A stretch of 44,155 nucleotides of DNA. Source: a virus. Its lineage: Duplodnaviria; Caudoviricetes. Each line of letters starts with the position of its first letter. Positions within the stretch are counted from its first letter, which is position 1. Below, piece by piece: positions 35,174 to 44,155 of the stretch. The stretch covers positions 1 through 44,155 of IMG/VR virus record IMGVR_UViG_3300020043_000309; one strand, written 5' to 3'. Position numbers and translations under genes: made by a program. A model generated the notes under the pieces. It had not been told where the DNA came from. It did no database searches and saw nothing but the letters and a program-made list of their open reading frames with translations.

Positions 35174-38100
35174 ATGCCACGCCTTGCTACCGAATCCGAG
35201 ATTGAGAATGCTTATGAGGATGCAGGCTCATCTTTATCGGGTATCCGCGATGTTGGGGCGATGCTTCCTCCTGATTGGTATTCTTGGACAGGTCCGGAAG
35301 GTACAAAAAAGAAACTTGACTGGTTTAACCAAAACCAAGTTACGCCACTTGAGCTAGCTGCTGCTGGTGAAAGCCAAGAGGCTATTGATTGGGTTGAAGC
35401 AAACCGATATACATATCCAGCCCCAACACCCGCGCCCACTCCTGCTCCAACACCGGCCCCGACTTCTGCTCCTACGGCTCAAGGTTATTGGACTCAACCT
35501 GTCTCTCCTGAGTACGAAGATTCAGTGTGGGTGCCCGCTCCGACACCGGCCCCAACACCATCTCCATATGAAGCAGCTGCTGGTCTTACAACTGTAGGCC
35601 AGAAAGCCACAGAGTACGAAAGGCTGCGCAATCTCGGCTTAACCGATGCTGAGGTAAGAGCAGCTGCTGAGCGTGTCTATGGTGCCCAGTCCCAAAGTGA
35701 CTGGGATTATTTAGTGGGTGCATCCTCATATGCCCCAACTCCTGCGCCTACGCCAGCCCCCATCCCTGCACCTACCCCAACTCCTGCGCCGACACCCGCT
35801 CCTACGCCTGCCCCTACCCCGGCTCCAACGCCTGCTCCAACTATGGCGCCAGCCACAGCAATTACAGAACCAGATCTGCGGTTGTCTGAAGCGGCACAAC
35901 TAGGCCTTACGCAACATGCCCTAGAAGGCGTCCGCCCAAGTTACACCAAGACAGAAATGATTGGTGATGACATCCAGACATTCGAAAAGATCGGAGAGTC
36001 TGGGTCAAACTGGTCAGGCAAGGAATATACATACCGAGTCTACGATGCGTATGGCAATGATACGGGACAGATAGTTACTGTTGGGGAGAGTGGTTTAGGA
36101 GAAGGCGTAAAGATTGCGGCACTGCAATTCGCGTCTATTGTGCTGCCAGTGGCTCCAGGCATTGGCGCGTCTATTGGCTCTACGATCACTCAATCTCTTG
36201 GTATTTCTGCATCTGCGGCTACTAACGCTTTCATCGGGAACACGGTAATCAATACTGTGTTGAATGGTGGAGATATTGAGTCCGCCGTCAAGTCCTCTGT
36301 TGCTTCTTGGGCTGGCGCTCAAGCTGGACAACTTGCAGGTGAAACCGCAAAGACCATGTTCAGCAATCCCGAGGGGATCAAGCTGATCAGTAATGTTGCC
36401 AATCAAGCTACAAGAGCAGTTGTTCTTGGACAAGACGTTGGAACCGCGGCCCTTAACACTCTGGTTGCTGGTGCTGTTGACTTTGCTACTTCCAAGATTC
36501 CTGACTTTGACAAGCTACCGGATGCTGTAAAGAGCACGATCAAGCAGTCAATCAATGCTGCCGTCCAGGGGCAGAACATTGATGCTGGGGCGATGCTGGC
36601 TAATGCGGCCAAAGAGGGACTGCTGTCGTATGGCCTGAACCAGATCCCGCAGTTCAAGGACGCAGATCCTAGAACGCAGTCCTTCATCAGCACAATGCTG
36701 AGAACTGGGATTGATGGCGGTGATCTGTCTGAGTCCGCGGTCAACTGGGCAATCGGACAGGCGCAGCAAGAGTTCCAGAAGGTCATGAAGGTCGGTCCTG
36801 CGCTGGATGAACTGAAGAAGGCAGGGATCATCGGTGAGGCTAGCTATTACTCATTGACTGATCAGCAGAAGGAACTTGTTGACAGACTTGCTCAGCAGAA
36901 AGACCCGAAGGCTGCGGCTGCTCAGTACATCAACGAACAGACGACTACTCCTGAAGAGATCAGGGCGTTCTACAAGCAGATCACTGGTAAAGATGCAACT
37001 GATGCTGAAGCTGATCTTCTGTCCACTTTTACGGGGATGGATGAGGCTACTGCAAAGGTTGGACTTGACAATCAAATCCGAGCCAACATTGCAGCGGATG
37101 AGTTGCGCTTCAATGAGTTGAATAAGGTCTTGACTAATCTGAAAACAACAGATCAAGACCTTATCAACGTCATGTCGGAGTACAAGATTACTCCAGCGTT
37201 TATTGAGAAGGTAACTGGCAGGAAGTACGACGATCTACTGCGTGAGATAGATGCCCGCTTCATGACTCAAGATGAAGTGGTTGATGCGTTCAAGAGCGCA
37301 CGGGAAGCTGCGGGTCTTGAGCCGAGAGATCCCACCCCTGATGAGATTCTGCGCTATGTGAACCTCAATGCAGGGGCGATTGCTCAGATCCAGGCGGATG
37401 CTGATCGTGAGGCTACGACCTTTGATGGCAGCGCGTTTGGCAGCATGAAATCTGCTATGGAGGCTGCTAAGGCTCAGGGCTACAACAACTTCATTGGTCC
37501 TGATGGCAAGACACACATGGTGTCTTCGCCTATTGTGGCGATTCAAGCCGGGGCTTTTGACGGGACTACGTTTGGTTCTATTAAGTCCGCAAGTGATGCC
37601 GCTCGAGAAGCAGGCAAAACCACCTTTGTGGGGCCTGACGAGCAGCACTACATGGTGTTGGATCCAGCACAAGAAGGTGCGATCAAGGACGAGATCAAGC
37701 AGACCAAGACATTCGGTCAGGCGTTTGCTGACGCACGGTCTAGACTTGGCCCAGGCAGGACGTTTGAGTGGACGAACCCTGCTACTGGTGAGACGAAGAC
37801 CTACAACACCTACGCCGCAACGGAACTGTACGACGGCTCCCGTGCTGGATCTAAGACGGATGCGGCCATCCTTGCCCAGCAGAACGGCAAGTCAATGTTC
37901 CAGTACGACGGGAAGATCTACAGCATTCCGCCTGGATCGCTAGACAACATTGGCAACCAGACAAGAGCAGAAGCTAGGCGTCTGGTTGAGGCCAACACAA
38001 CGGCCATCAGCAACGAGCAAGCTGCGGCTCTTGAGAAGAAGCTACAGACGCCGAAACTGGGGGATCTTGACACGATAGGTGGAAAACTTGCCAATGTTTT

Positions 38101-41100
38101 TGGCATGTCAATGCAGGGGCTTGGGCAACAAGTCCAAATGTTTGCGGATGCCTATTCCGCTATTACAGGCACTCCGTATGGAAACTCGTACTACAAGATT
38201 GGTCAAGCCATACAAAACATAGGCGACTCACTGACATCTCGTTCTTTGGATCAACAAACAGCCGCAGCAAATAAGATTCTTCAGCAAGGCGAGAAGGCTG
38301 ACTTTTTTGATCAGCCCAAAATTCTTGCACAAGCCATTAAAGAGAACCCTGGTTGGTTCGGGGCTCAAACTTTTCAGGAAGCAGTTCAAGAGGTCGCTCC
38401 ATGGGCCGCAACTTTGTTGGGCTATGGGGCCGCAACTGCTGCCGGTGTTGCTGCGGCTCCAGCCACGTTGATAGGTTTGGGATTGGGTGCGATTACTGAT
38501 GGATTGGAGGTTTTGGGTTCTGGCTCAAGAGAGGCATATGACCTGCTAATAAGGGCGGGGGTTCCTGAAGCAGAGGCGAGATCTGCATCTTTGCGAAACG
38601 GAATCATGCAAGCGCTGGTTACGATGCCTGCGGAATTTATTGCGGACAAAGCTCTATTCAAGTCATTCTTTGACAAGATGGCTGGAGGAGTTAAAGCCTG
38701 GGCAATGAAGGGGTTGTCGGCCACATCTCAACAGGCGTTAGCGGAATATATTGAGACTCAAGCGCAAGGTCTTTCCACAAAGATTAATACGCTTGATAGG
38801 GCGTTGACTGTTGATGATCTCAAACAGATCAACATGCAATCATTGTTTGCTATGTCTCTTGGCGGTTCTACGACGTCAAGCATTATTGCTAGTGGGGCCG
38901 TACAAAATTCTGCGGTAGTTGCGAAAGACAAGCTGGGTCAAGACGTCACTCTGCAAGAACTGTTGAGTGGTACGCGAGATGTTGATCTCAACACCCTGAA
39001 CCCGAATGCAGTGATCGGTCAGAACGCACAAGGACAGAACGTCACACTTGGATCCTTACCTGCTGTAGCGATTGATCAGGGCTTCACGCCTGCAACATTG
39101 AATGACTCGTTGCCAAGCTCATTTACTACGGAAAACAACATTGTTCTGAGCCGAGATGCTCTTGGGAACGACATCACTTTGGGAGATGTGTTCTCGGGGC
39201 AGACTCCTACGGAGCAAGCCAGAACAATCATTCAAGACTACGTTGATCTTGGGCTTAGCGCCAAAGTTGATCCAAGTGCTGCACCAGTTCAGACCGTAAC
39301 TGATACCAGCGCAGCGGATCAAGCTAAAGCCGAAGAAGCTGCCGCCGCTGCAAAAGCTGCAGCCGATGCCGCTGCCGTAGCAGAAGCCGCTAGGGCGGCA
39401 GAAGCCGCAGCGAAGGCTGAGGCAGAAGCCAAAGCTGCCGAAGAGGCAAAAGCTGCTGCTGATGCACAAGCGGCACAGGATGCCTCAGATGCAAAGGCGG
39501 CAGAAGATGCTAAGGCAGCAGAGGAGGCCCAAAACAACGTCACTGATGCCCTTGTTATAGACACTAATCCTGTAGATGGAACGGCTACTGTTGTCACGCA
39601 GGACGGAAATACGTCTGTTGTTGACACTGCTGGCACCGATGTCACCACTGGGTCAGTGGTCACTATCAACACCGACACCTCATCGGCTGTCTCGCCAAAA
39701 GTCGGCACTGATGTCAATGTTGACACCTCAGTAAATCCAAATACTGGTGTAGCTGTTGATGCGAACACTGGTGTGGCGACCAACTTGAACACTGGCGTTC
39801 AGGTTGACACAAACACTGGGATTGCAGTCAACGCCAACACAAACACTGCTGTTAACACGAATACGGGAACCGCTGTTAACGCCAACACTGGCACAACGGT
39901 CGATACCAACACCGGTGTTGCAACCAATCCCAATACAAACACGGCGGTAGATACGAACACTGGTACGGCGGTGAATTCCAACACCGGGGCCGCTGTTGAC
40001 ACGAACACGGGGGTGACGACAAACCCGAATACCAACACTGCAGTTGATACCAACACTGGGACAGCGGTCAATGCCAATACTGGGGTGGCGGTAGATACAA
40101 ATACTGGAGTTGCGACTAACACCAATACGAACACCGCTGTTGATACGAACACAGGAATAGCAACCAATGCGAATACCAACACAGCGGTAGACACCAACAC
40201 TGGCGTAGCCACGAATGCAAATACAAACACCGCTGTCAACACAAACACTGGTGTAACTACCAATGTTGAAGATCCTCGCATTCAGCAACTTCAGGATCGG
40301 ATTGATCAACTCATCCAGTCTGGTTTAGATCAGACAACAGCCACCAATGCTGCGATGTCTGAGTTGACGGGTCAGATTTCAACGCTGACGCAAGCTCAAG
40401 CTGCGGCGCAACAGTCACAGCAAAAGGCTGCAGAAGAAGCAGCTAGAAAGAAGAGTATTCAATCTGGTCTGCAGGCTTTGGCACCAGCGGCAGGGAAGCC
40501 TTCTGAGCCATTGCCAAATGTCTCTCCGTTACAGACATCAGGCCAATCCAAGTTCATTAGCCCACTTGCTGCGTTCCTTTCAACGGTTGAGCGCGGCAGT
40601 TACACCCAACCCAAAACACAGCAGCAACCTATGATGCCTCAACCACAGACGCCTGATCGTTACGCATACGGCAAAGAGCCCAGCATTGATGAGTTGCTTG
40701 ATCCGTATGGCGAAAAGAAGACCGATGAGTCAAGCCCTTACGGCTTCAAAGCCGGGGGGCTTGCGACTCCACTCTTTGCTGCTGGTGGCGGTACTCGATA
40801 TGGTCAGTATGCCGGTGGTGGGTTGAATGTTGTCCACCACTCCGGTAAGGCTCGAGTTGACTTCCGCCGCGGAGATGCTGTTACTGGGCCGGGAGATGGG
40901 CAGTCTGACGATATCCCTGCGATGCTTGCGGACGGTGAATTCGTGATGCCCGCGGACGTAGTTGCTGCGCTAGGGAATGGCTCAACCAAGGCAGGATCAG
41001 ATAAACTCTACGAGATGATGCACTCAATCCGTGCTCACGCTAGATCGTCTGGTCCGAAGGATTTACCACCGCCTGCCAAGTCTCCTCTTGAGTACCTCAA

Positions 41101-41128
41101 GAAGACCAGCAAGCAAAAGAGGGGTTAA
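35174..41128 (+). CDS. Giant repeat-rich protein (1984 aa); probable internal virion/ejection protein
   Basis: PAPT repeats, G/A-rich hydrophobic helices, AEAKAA linker, VDTNTG repeats, C-terminal xxxGG motifs followed by [26 protein letters not shown]. Confidence 0.75.
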   Translation: MPRLATESEIENAYEDAGSSLSGIRDVGAMLPPDWYSWTGPEGTKKKLDWFNQNQVTPLELAAAGESQEAIDWVEANRYTYPAPTPAPTPAPTPAPTSAPTAQGYWTQPVSPEYEDSVWVPAPTPAPTPSPYEAAAGLTTVGQKATEYERLRNLGLTDAEVRAAAERVYGAQSQSDWDYLVGASSYAPTPAPTPAPIPAPTPTPAPTPAPTPAPTPAPTPAPTMAPATAITEPDLRLSEAAQLGLTQHALEGVRPSYTKTEMIGDDIQTFEKIGESGSNWSGKEYTYRVYDAYGNDTGQIVTVGESGLGEGVKIAALQFASIVLPVAPGIGASIGSTITQSLGISASAATNAFIGNTVINTVLNGGDIESAVKSSVASWAGAQAGQLAGETAKTMFSNPEGIKLISNVANQATRAVVLGQDVGTAALNTLVAGAVDFATSKIPDFDKLPDAVKSTIKQSINAAVQGQNIDAGAMLANAAKEGLLSYGLNQIPQFKDADPRTQSFISTMLRTGIDGGDLSESAVNWAIGQAQQEFQKVMKVGPALDELKKAGIIGEASYYSLTDQQKELVDRLAQQKDPKAAAAQYINEQTTTPEEIRAFYKQITGKDATDAEADLLSTFTGMDEATAKVGLDNQIRANIAADELRFNELNKVLTNLKTTDQDLINVMSEYKITPAFIEKVTGRKYDDLLREIDARFMTQDEVVDAFKSAREAAGLEPRDPTPDEILRYVNLNAGAIAQIQADADREATTFDGSAFGSMKSAMEAAKAQGYNNFIGPDGKTHMVSSPIVAIQAGAFDGTTFGSIKSASDAAREAGKTTFVGPDEQHYMVLDPAQEGAIKDEIKQTKTFGQAFADARSRLGPGRTFEWTNPATGETKTYNTYAATELYDGSRAGSKTDAAILAQQNGKSMFQYDGKIYSIPPGSLDNIGNQTRAEARRLVEANTTAISNEQAAALEKKLQTPKLGDLDTIGGKLANVFGMSMQGLGQQVQMFADAYSAITGTPYGNSYYKIGQAIQNIGDSLTSRSLDQQTAAANKILQQGEKADFFDQPKILAQAIKENPGWFGAQTFQEAVQEVAPWAATLLGYGAATAAGVAAAPATLIGLGLGAITDGLEVLGSGSREAYDLLIRAGVPEAEARSASLRNGIMQALVTMPAEFIADKALFKSFFDKMAGGVKAWAMKGLSATSQQALAEYIETQAQGLSTKINTLDRALTVDDLKQINMQSLFAMSLGGSTTSSIIASGAVQNSAVVAKDKLGQDVTLQELLSGTRDVDLNTLNPNAVIGQNAQGQNVTLGSLPAVAIDQGFTPATLNDSLPSSFTTENNIVLSRDALGNDITLGDVFSGQTPTEQARTIIQDYVDLGLSAKVDPSAAPVQTVTDTSAADQAKAEEAAAAAKAAADAAAVAEAARAAEAAAKAEAEAKAAEEAKAAADAQAAQDASDAKAAEDAKAAEEAQNNVTDALVIDTNPVDGTATVVTQDGNTSVVDTAGTDVTTGSVVTINTDTSSAVSPKVGTDVNVDTSVNPNTGVAVDANTGVATNLNTGVQVDTNTGIAVNANTNTAVNTNTGTAVNANTGTTVDTNTGVATNPNTNTAVDTNTGTAVNSNTGAAVDTNTGVTTNPNTNTAVDTNTGTAVNANTGVAVDTNTGVATNTNTNTAVDTNTGIATNANTNTAVDTNTGVATNANTNTAVNTNTGVTTNVEDPRIQQLQDRIDQLIQSGLDQTTATNAAMSELTGQISTLTQAQAAAQQSQQKAAEEAARKKSIQSGLQALAPAAGKPSEPLPNVSPLQTSGQSKFISPLAAFLSTVERGSYTQPKTQQQPMMPQPQTPDRYAYGKEPSIDELLDPYGEKKTDESSPYGFKAGGLATPLFAAGGGTRYGQYAGGGLNVVHHSGKARVDFRRGDAVTGPGDGQSDDIPAMLADGEFVMPADVVAALGNGSTKAGSDKLYEMMHSIRAHARSSGPKDLPPPAKSPLEYLKKTSKQKRG
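35732..35842 (+). repeat. Degenerate 12-bp coding tandem repeat (PAPT)n
   Basis: Encodes [25 protein letters not shown]...; shorter arrays at ~35417-35475 and ~35533-35565. Confidence 0.85.
39720..40265 (+). repeat. Coding tandem repeat of 8-aa units (AV[D/N]xNTGx / xxNxNTNT)
   Basis: About 22 units such as [24 protein letters not shown]. Confidence 0.85.
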
Positions 41129-41130
41129 AC

Positions 41131-42141
41131 ATGAGTATCACCCAAGGATCTCCGCTGCCGGATATCACCAAGACGACGACGACGACTCAGACGGCGCCGG
41201 ACTACTACACCAAATACCTGACGGATCTGTCCACTACGGGACAGAATGCGCTAAAGACAACTGCGGCACAAGGAATCGCAGCATACGACCCTATGCAGAC
41301 GCAAGGGTATTTGGGCGTCTCTGATGCTTCTGGGGCATACAAGCCTGGGCTAAAGAATGCTGCAGAGACTGCTGACGCGGCGGCGAAGGGAATTACGTCG
41401 GAGCGCATCAGTGAGTTGATGAATCCATACACCACTGATGTGGTCAATGAGATGGCTCGATTGAGCCAGCAGAACGTACAGCGCAATCTTCTCCCCTCTC
41501 TGAAGGCGGGGTTTGTTGGTTCTGGTGGTCTTGGTGGTCAACGCTACGCAGGGGCACTCGGGCAGTCTCTAGCGGACGTACAAGCCAATCTGACGGGTCA
41601 GCAGTACGGTGCTCTGTCTAAGGGATATGAGGGCGCTCTGAAGGCTGCTATTGACGAGATGACGGGCCAGACTGCGGCCGCTCGAGCCCAGGCTGAAATT
41701 GCAGGCAAGGAGCAAGAGCTTGGTCTAACCGGCGTACAGGCCTTAATCAAGGCTGGCGCAGAGAAGCAAAAGTACGAGCAAAGCAAACTTGACTACCCGC
41801 TACAGCAAGCTGCCAACGTGGCGGGTTTGATGCGCGGCTATCAAATCCCCCTTACCAGTGCGCAGAAGTTCGTTGGCCCGGAGGCTGGCGCGTATCAACA
41901 ATCTCCGCTTGCCACTGCAACTGGATTGTTGGGTGTTCTGGGGTCTGCTGCTGCTGGTACTGCTGGTGATCGTCTGCAGGCCTTGTGGTCAAAGATCACC
42001 AGTGGCAGCGCTACACCTGAAGAGACTGCGGAATTGATTACAAGAGCATATAGCGACCCAAGTCGAGGAAGTGATATTTATGTTCCGCCCGGAGGAAACA
42101 TTCCATCTGGAAGTGATGTAACTCCTCCTCCGGTTGACTGA
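41131..42141 (+). CDS. Probable internal virion / DNA ejection protein
   Basis: A/G/Q-rich helical; LMNPYTTDVV, GGLGGQRY and a hydrophobic G-rich segment near the C-terminus. Confidence 0.6.
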   Translation: MSITQGSPLPDITKTTTTTQTAPDYYTKYLTDLSTTGQNALKTTAAQGIAAYDPMQTQGYLGVSDASGAYKPGLKNAAETADAAAKGITSERISELMNPYTTDVVNEMARLSQQNVQRNLLPSLKAGFVGSGGLGGQRYAGALGQSLADVQANLTGQQYGALSKGYEGALKAAIDEMTGQTAAARAQAEIAGKEQELGLTGVQALIKAGAEKQKYEQSKLDYPLQQAANVAGLMRGYQIPLTSAQKFVGPEAGAYQQSPLATATGLLGVLGSAAAGTAGDRLQALWSKITSGSATPEETAELITRAYSDPSRGSDIYVPPGGNIPSGSDVTPPPVD

Positions 42142-42152
42142 TAGGAGCAAAC

Positions 42153-43766
42153 ATGGCTACAAGCGCAATCTACGCTCCTGATGAAGAGGCTCAACGGAAG
42201 TACCAAGAGGCTCTTGATAGGGTAACTCAGTCTCTGGATGCAAGAAAGAATAGGCTATTTGATCCTGTTCTTCTTGCGATGGCCGAAGGGTTCTTGTCTC
42301 CCACCCGTACTGGTGGATTCGGAGAGTCTTTAGGTATTGCTGCAGGCAAGATCCGAGGCGCTGAAGAAGCAGAGTTCAAGAGAGAGCAAGAACTTGCTCA
42401 GGCTCAGTTAGGTCTTGCCCAGCAAGGCATGCAGCTTGAGCAGCAACGGGCTCGTCAGCGCTTCCTGACAGGCATGATGGAGCCTGGGGCAGCGCCGTCA
42501 GGTGCGCCTGCGCAGCCTGGAGCACAACCTCCGGGGCAGCCTGCAGGACAGCCTGGGGCACCAGCCGGGTCACAGGCAGCAGTAGCTCAACAACCTCCTG
42601 GGACTGAAGGCATCAAGGGTGAGCCTTTCATGCCGCCCAACCCAAATGTTGCAAGTAGGGTGAACATCCTGCGTGCAGCAATCGCAGATGGTTCTAAGAG
42701 TGTTTTTGACATAACCAAAGAACTGCAGGATCTGGAGCGTAAGCGCTACCAAGAGAATCCTGAAGGCATCGTGGACTTGGTTACTGGCTTGCTGTATCGA
42801 ACCAAGAAGCCAGACATTGCGCCTGTTGCGGTTCAGTTGAGAACTATCCAAGGGCTTGAGGGGCAAACAATCAATGTTCCTGCGACTGTAGCGAGAGACC
42901 TAGCCGATGCCTTGAATGAAGCCATGAGTGGCAACCCGGCAAGGCTCAGGCAGCTTGAACAGTCTCTGGTTAGGTCTTACGCAGAACAGCCTGCGGCGCC
43001 TTCACAGGGAGCGCCAAGCGGCCCTGGTCGAGTAATGACTGATCAAGAACTTGAAACTTCTGCCGCAGAGGAAAAAGAGCTTGCATTAGGGCGTGCCAAG
43101 ACTGCTGTTGATAAAGAAAGGCAGGTGTCTGCAAATATGGCTGCTGCACGATCAATGCTGTTCAACGCCAATCGAGTTCAACAGCTTGTAAGTGAGAGCC
43201 CGCAGGGCTTTGGCATATTCTCTCGCCCCGGTATTGCCTCTGCGTTTGGAAACCTGATCAACGAAGGCATCAAGGCAGGCACGACCAGCGTAAATCTTGG
43301 TGGGTTTGAGAACAGTGTTCGGCAGCTTATGCCCAACATGAGCCAGAGAGACTTAGACAATGTGTCTAAGACTGCTGGCACGTTGGCAGAAATGGAGCTT
43401 GCCTACACTATCTTGTACATGCAGAAGCAAGGTGCGATTACTGAGGGCGAGAGAGCAATTGTTCGCAACATCGGCGGAAGCATAAGCCAAAGCCCAGGCG
43501 TATTGATGCAAAAGGCAAAGCTAATTGCGATGCGAGCGCAGCATGACATCAACATTGGTGAAGCATGGAGCCGATACCAAGAGCAGAACCCGAGAGCAAG
43601 CTACAACCAGTTTGAGCGTTCACCGTTGTACAAGAAGTTGATAACTGACTACGATCAAAATCTTGCTAATGCATTCGGGGTTAAGCCTCCTGCTCAACAG
43701 CCCTCAACTGGGGCCGCCCCATCGGGTAAGCCCAAATTCATTATTCGTCCAGTAGGGGGTCAATGA
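42153..43766 (+). CDS. Probable internal virion / DNA ejection protein
   Basis: LLAMAEGFLSPTRTGGFGESLG, Q-rich coiled coil, P/Q linker, QGAITEGER motif. Confidence 0.6.
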   Translation: MATSAIYAPDEEAQRKYQEALDRVTQSLDARKNRLFDPVLLAMAEGFLSPTRTGGFGESLGIAAGKIRGAEEAEFKREQELAQAQLGLAQQGMQLEQQRARQRFLTGMMEPGAAPSGAPAQPGAQPPGQPAGQPGAPAGSQAAVAQQPPGTEGIKGEPFMPPNPNVASRVNILRAAIADGSKSVFDITKELQDLERKRYQENPEGIVDLVTGLLYRTKKPDIAPVAVQLRTIQGLEGQTINVPATVARDLADALNEAMSGNPARLRQLEQSLVRSYAEQPAAPSQGAPSGPGRVMTDQELETSAAEEKELALGRAKTAVDKERQVSANMAAARSMLFNANRVQQLVSESPQGFGIFSRPGIASAFGNLINEGIKAGTTSVNLGGFENSVRQLMPNMSQRDLDNVSKTAGTLAEMELAYTILYMQKQGAITEGERAIVRNIGGSISQSPGVLMQKAKLIAMRAQHDINIGEAWSRYQEQNPRASYNQFERSPLYKKLITDYDQNLANAFGVKPPAQQPSTGAAPSGKPKFIIRPVGGQ

Positions 43767-44155
43767 TGGCAGAAACCCAACAGTACGAGGCGCAAGCCAC
43801 TGACGGCAGTGGGATGATTATCAGGTTCACCGCACCCAAGAACGCCACCCCAGAGCAACTAGATATAATTGCCGAGCGTCTCTTTGAGATGGAGCGTAAA
43901 GCCAAGCAGACAGGGACTCTACCTGGGCGAGAACCAGGGGAGCCACCAGTGACTACCCCTATGGAGCCTCCTGCGGCGGAGATGCCAGCACAACCACCGA
44001 TTGGTGGCCTGCCGGATTTGGAAGATCTAGAGCAAAGGATGAATCAAGCTCAAAAAGAGCAAGATGTCCGGATGGGTCAGATCATCGGTGGCGGTGCTGG
44101 TCTGGCCCTAGGAACTGGTAAGGCTGGCCTTGATGTAAGTCGCTCTGCCCTTCAA
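43766..44155 (+). CDS. Partial ORF (3' truncated), probable next internal virion protein
   Basis: TGATG-coupled; MAETQQYEAQATDGSGMIIRFTAPKNATPEQLD... open to the window end. Confidence 0.65.
   Translation, partial: MAETQQYEAQATDGSGMIIRFTAPKNATPEQLDIIAERLFEMERKAKQTGTLPGREPGEPPVTTPMEPPAAEMPAQPPIGGLPDLEDLEQRMNQAQKEQDVRMGQIIGGGAGLALGTGKAGLDVSRSALQ

Noticed and set aside
39720-40265. CRISPR-like array
   Set aside because: Degenerate in-frame coding repeats with no constant repeat or unique spacers.
35174-41128. Classical tape-measure protein of a long-tailed phage
   Set aside because: No recognisable tail tube, sheath or tail chaperone genes in the window; context fits podophage internal proteins better, though tail type is inferred.

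Overview
This 44-kb window is the virion morphogenesis region of a tailed dsDNA phage, probably short-tailed (podovirus-like). All credible genes are on the + strand and many are coupled by TGATG/ATGA overlaps. Order: a hairpin-dense leader and two small genes; a 1220-aa multi-module protein with a PcfJ-like domain; portal; GroES-like co-chaperonin; putative scaffold; Mu gpT-like major capsid protein; small head proteins; head-tail adaptor; a chain of fibre/spike genes; holin-like genes plus a GH24 lysozyme; connector and tail-body genes; a ~6-kb repeat-rich module; and large probable internal (ejection) proteins running off the end. I see no terminase, integrase, polymerase, tRNA or CRISPR array. 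Most notable: (1) a short [F/Y/M/L/K]-[K/A/Q]-x-GG motif recurring about 18 times across at least four otherwise unrelated proteins, a candidate virion-wide cleavage or packaging tag; (2) three free-standing HNH genes with readable insertion scars, one of which split a host gene and supplied a recoded replacement 3' end; (3) a probable structured ncRNA at 19-289; (4) paralogous spike genes with near-identical DNA anchors around variable cassettes. Product calls come from motif recognition and gene order only; no searches were run.
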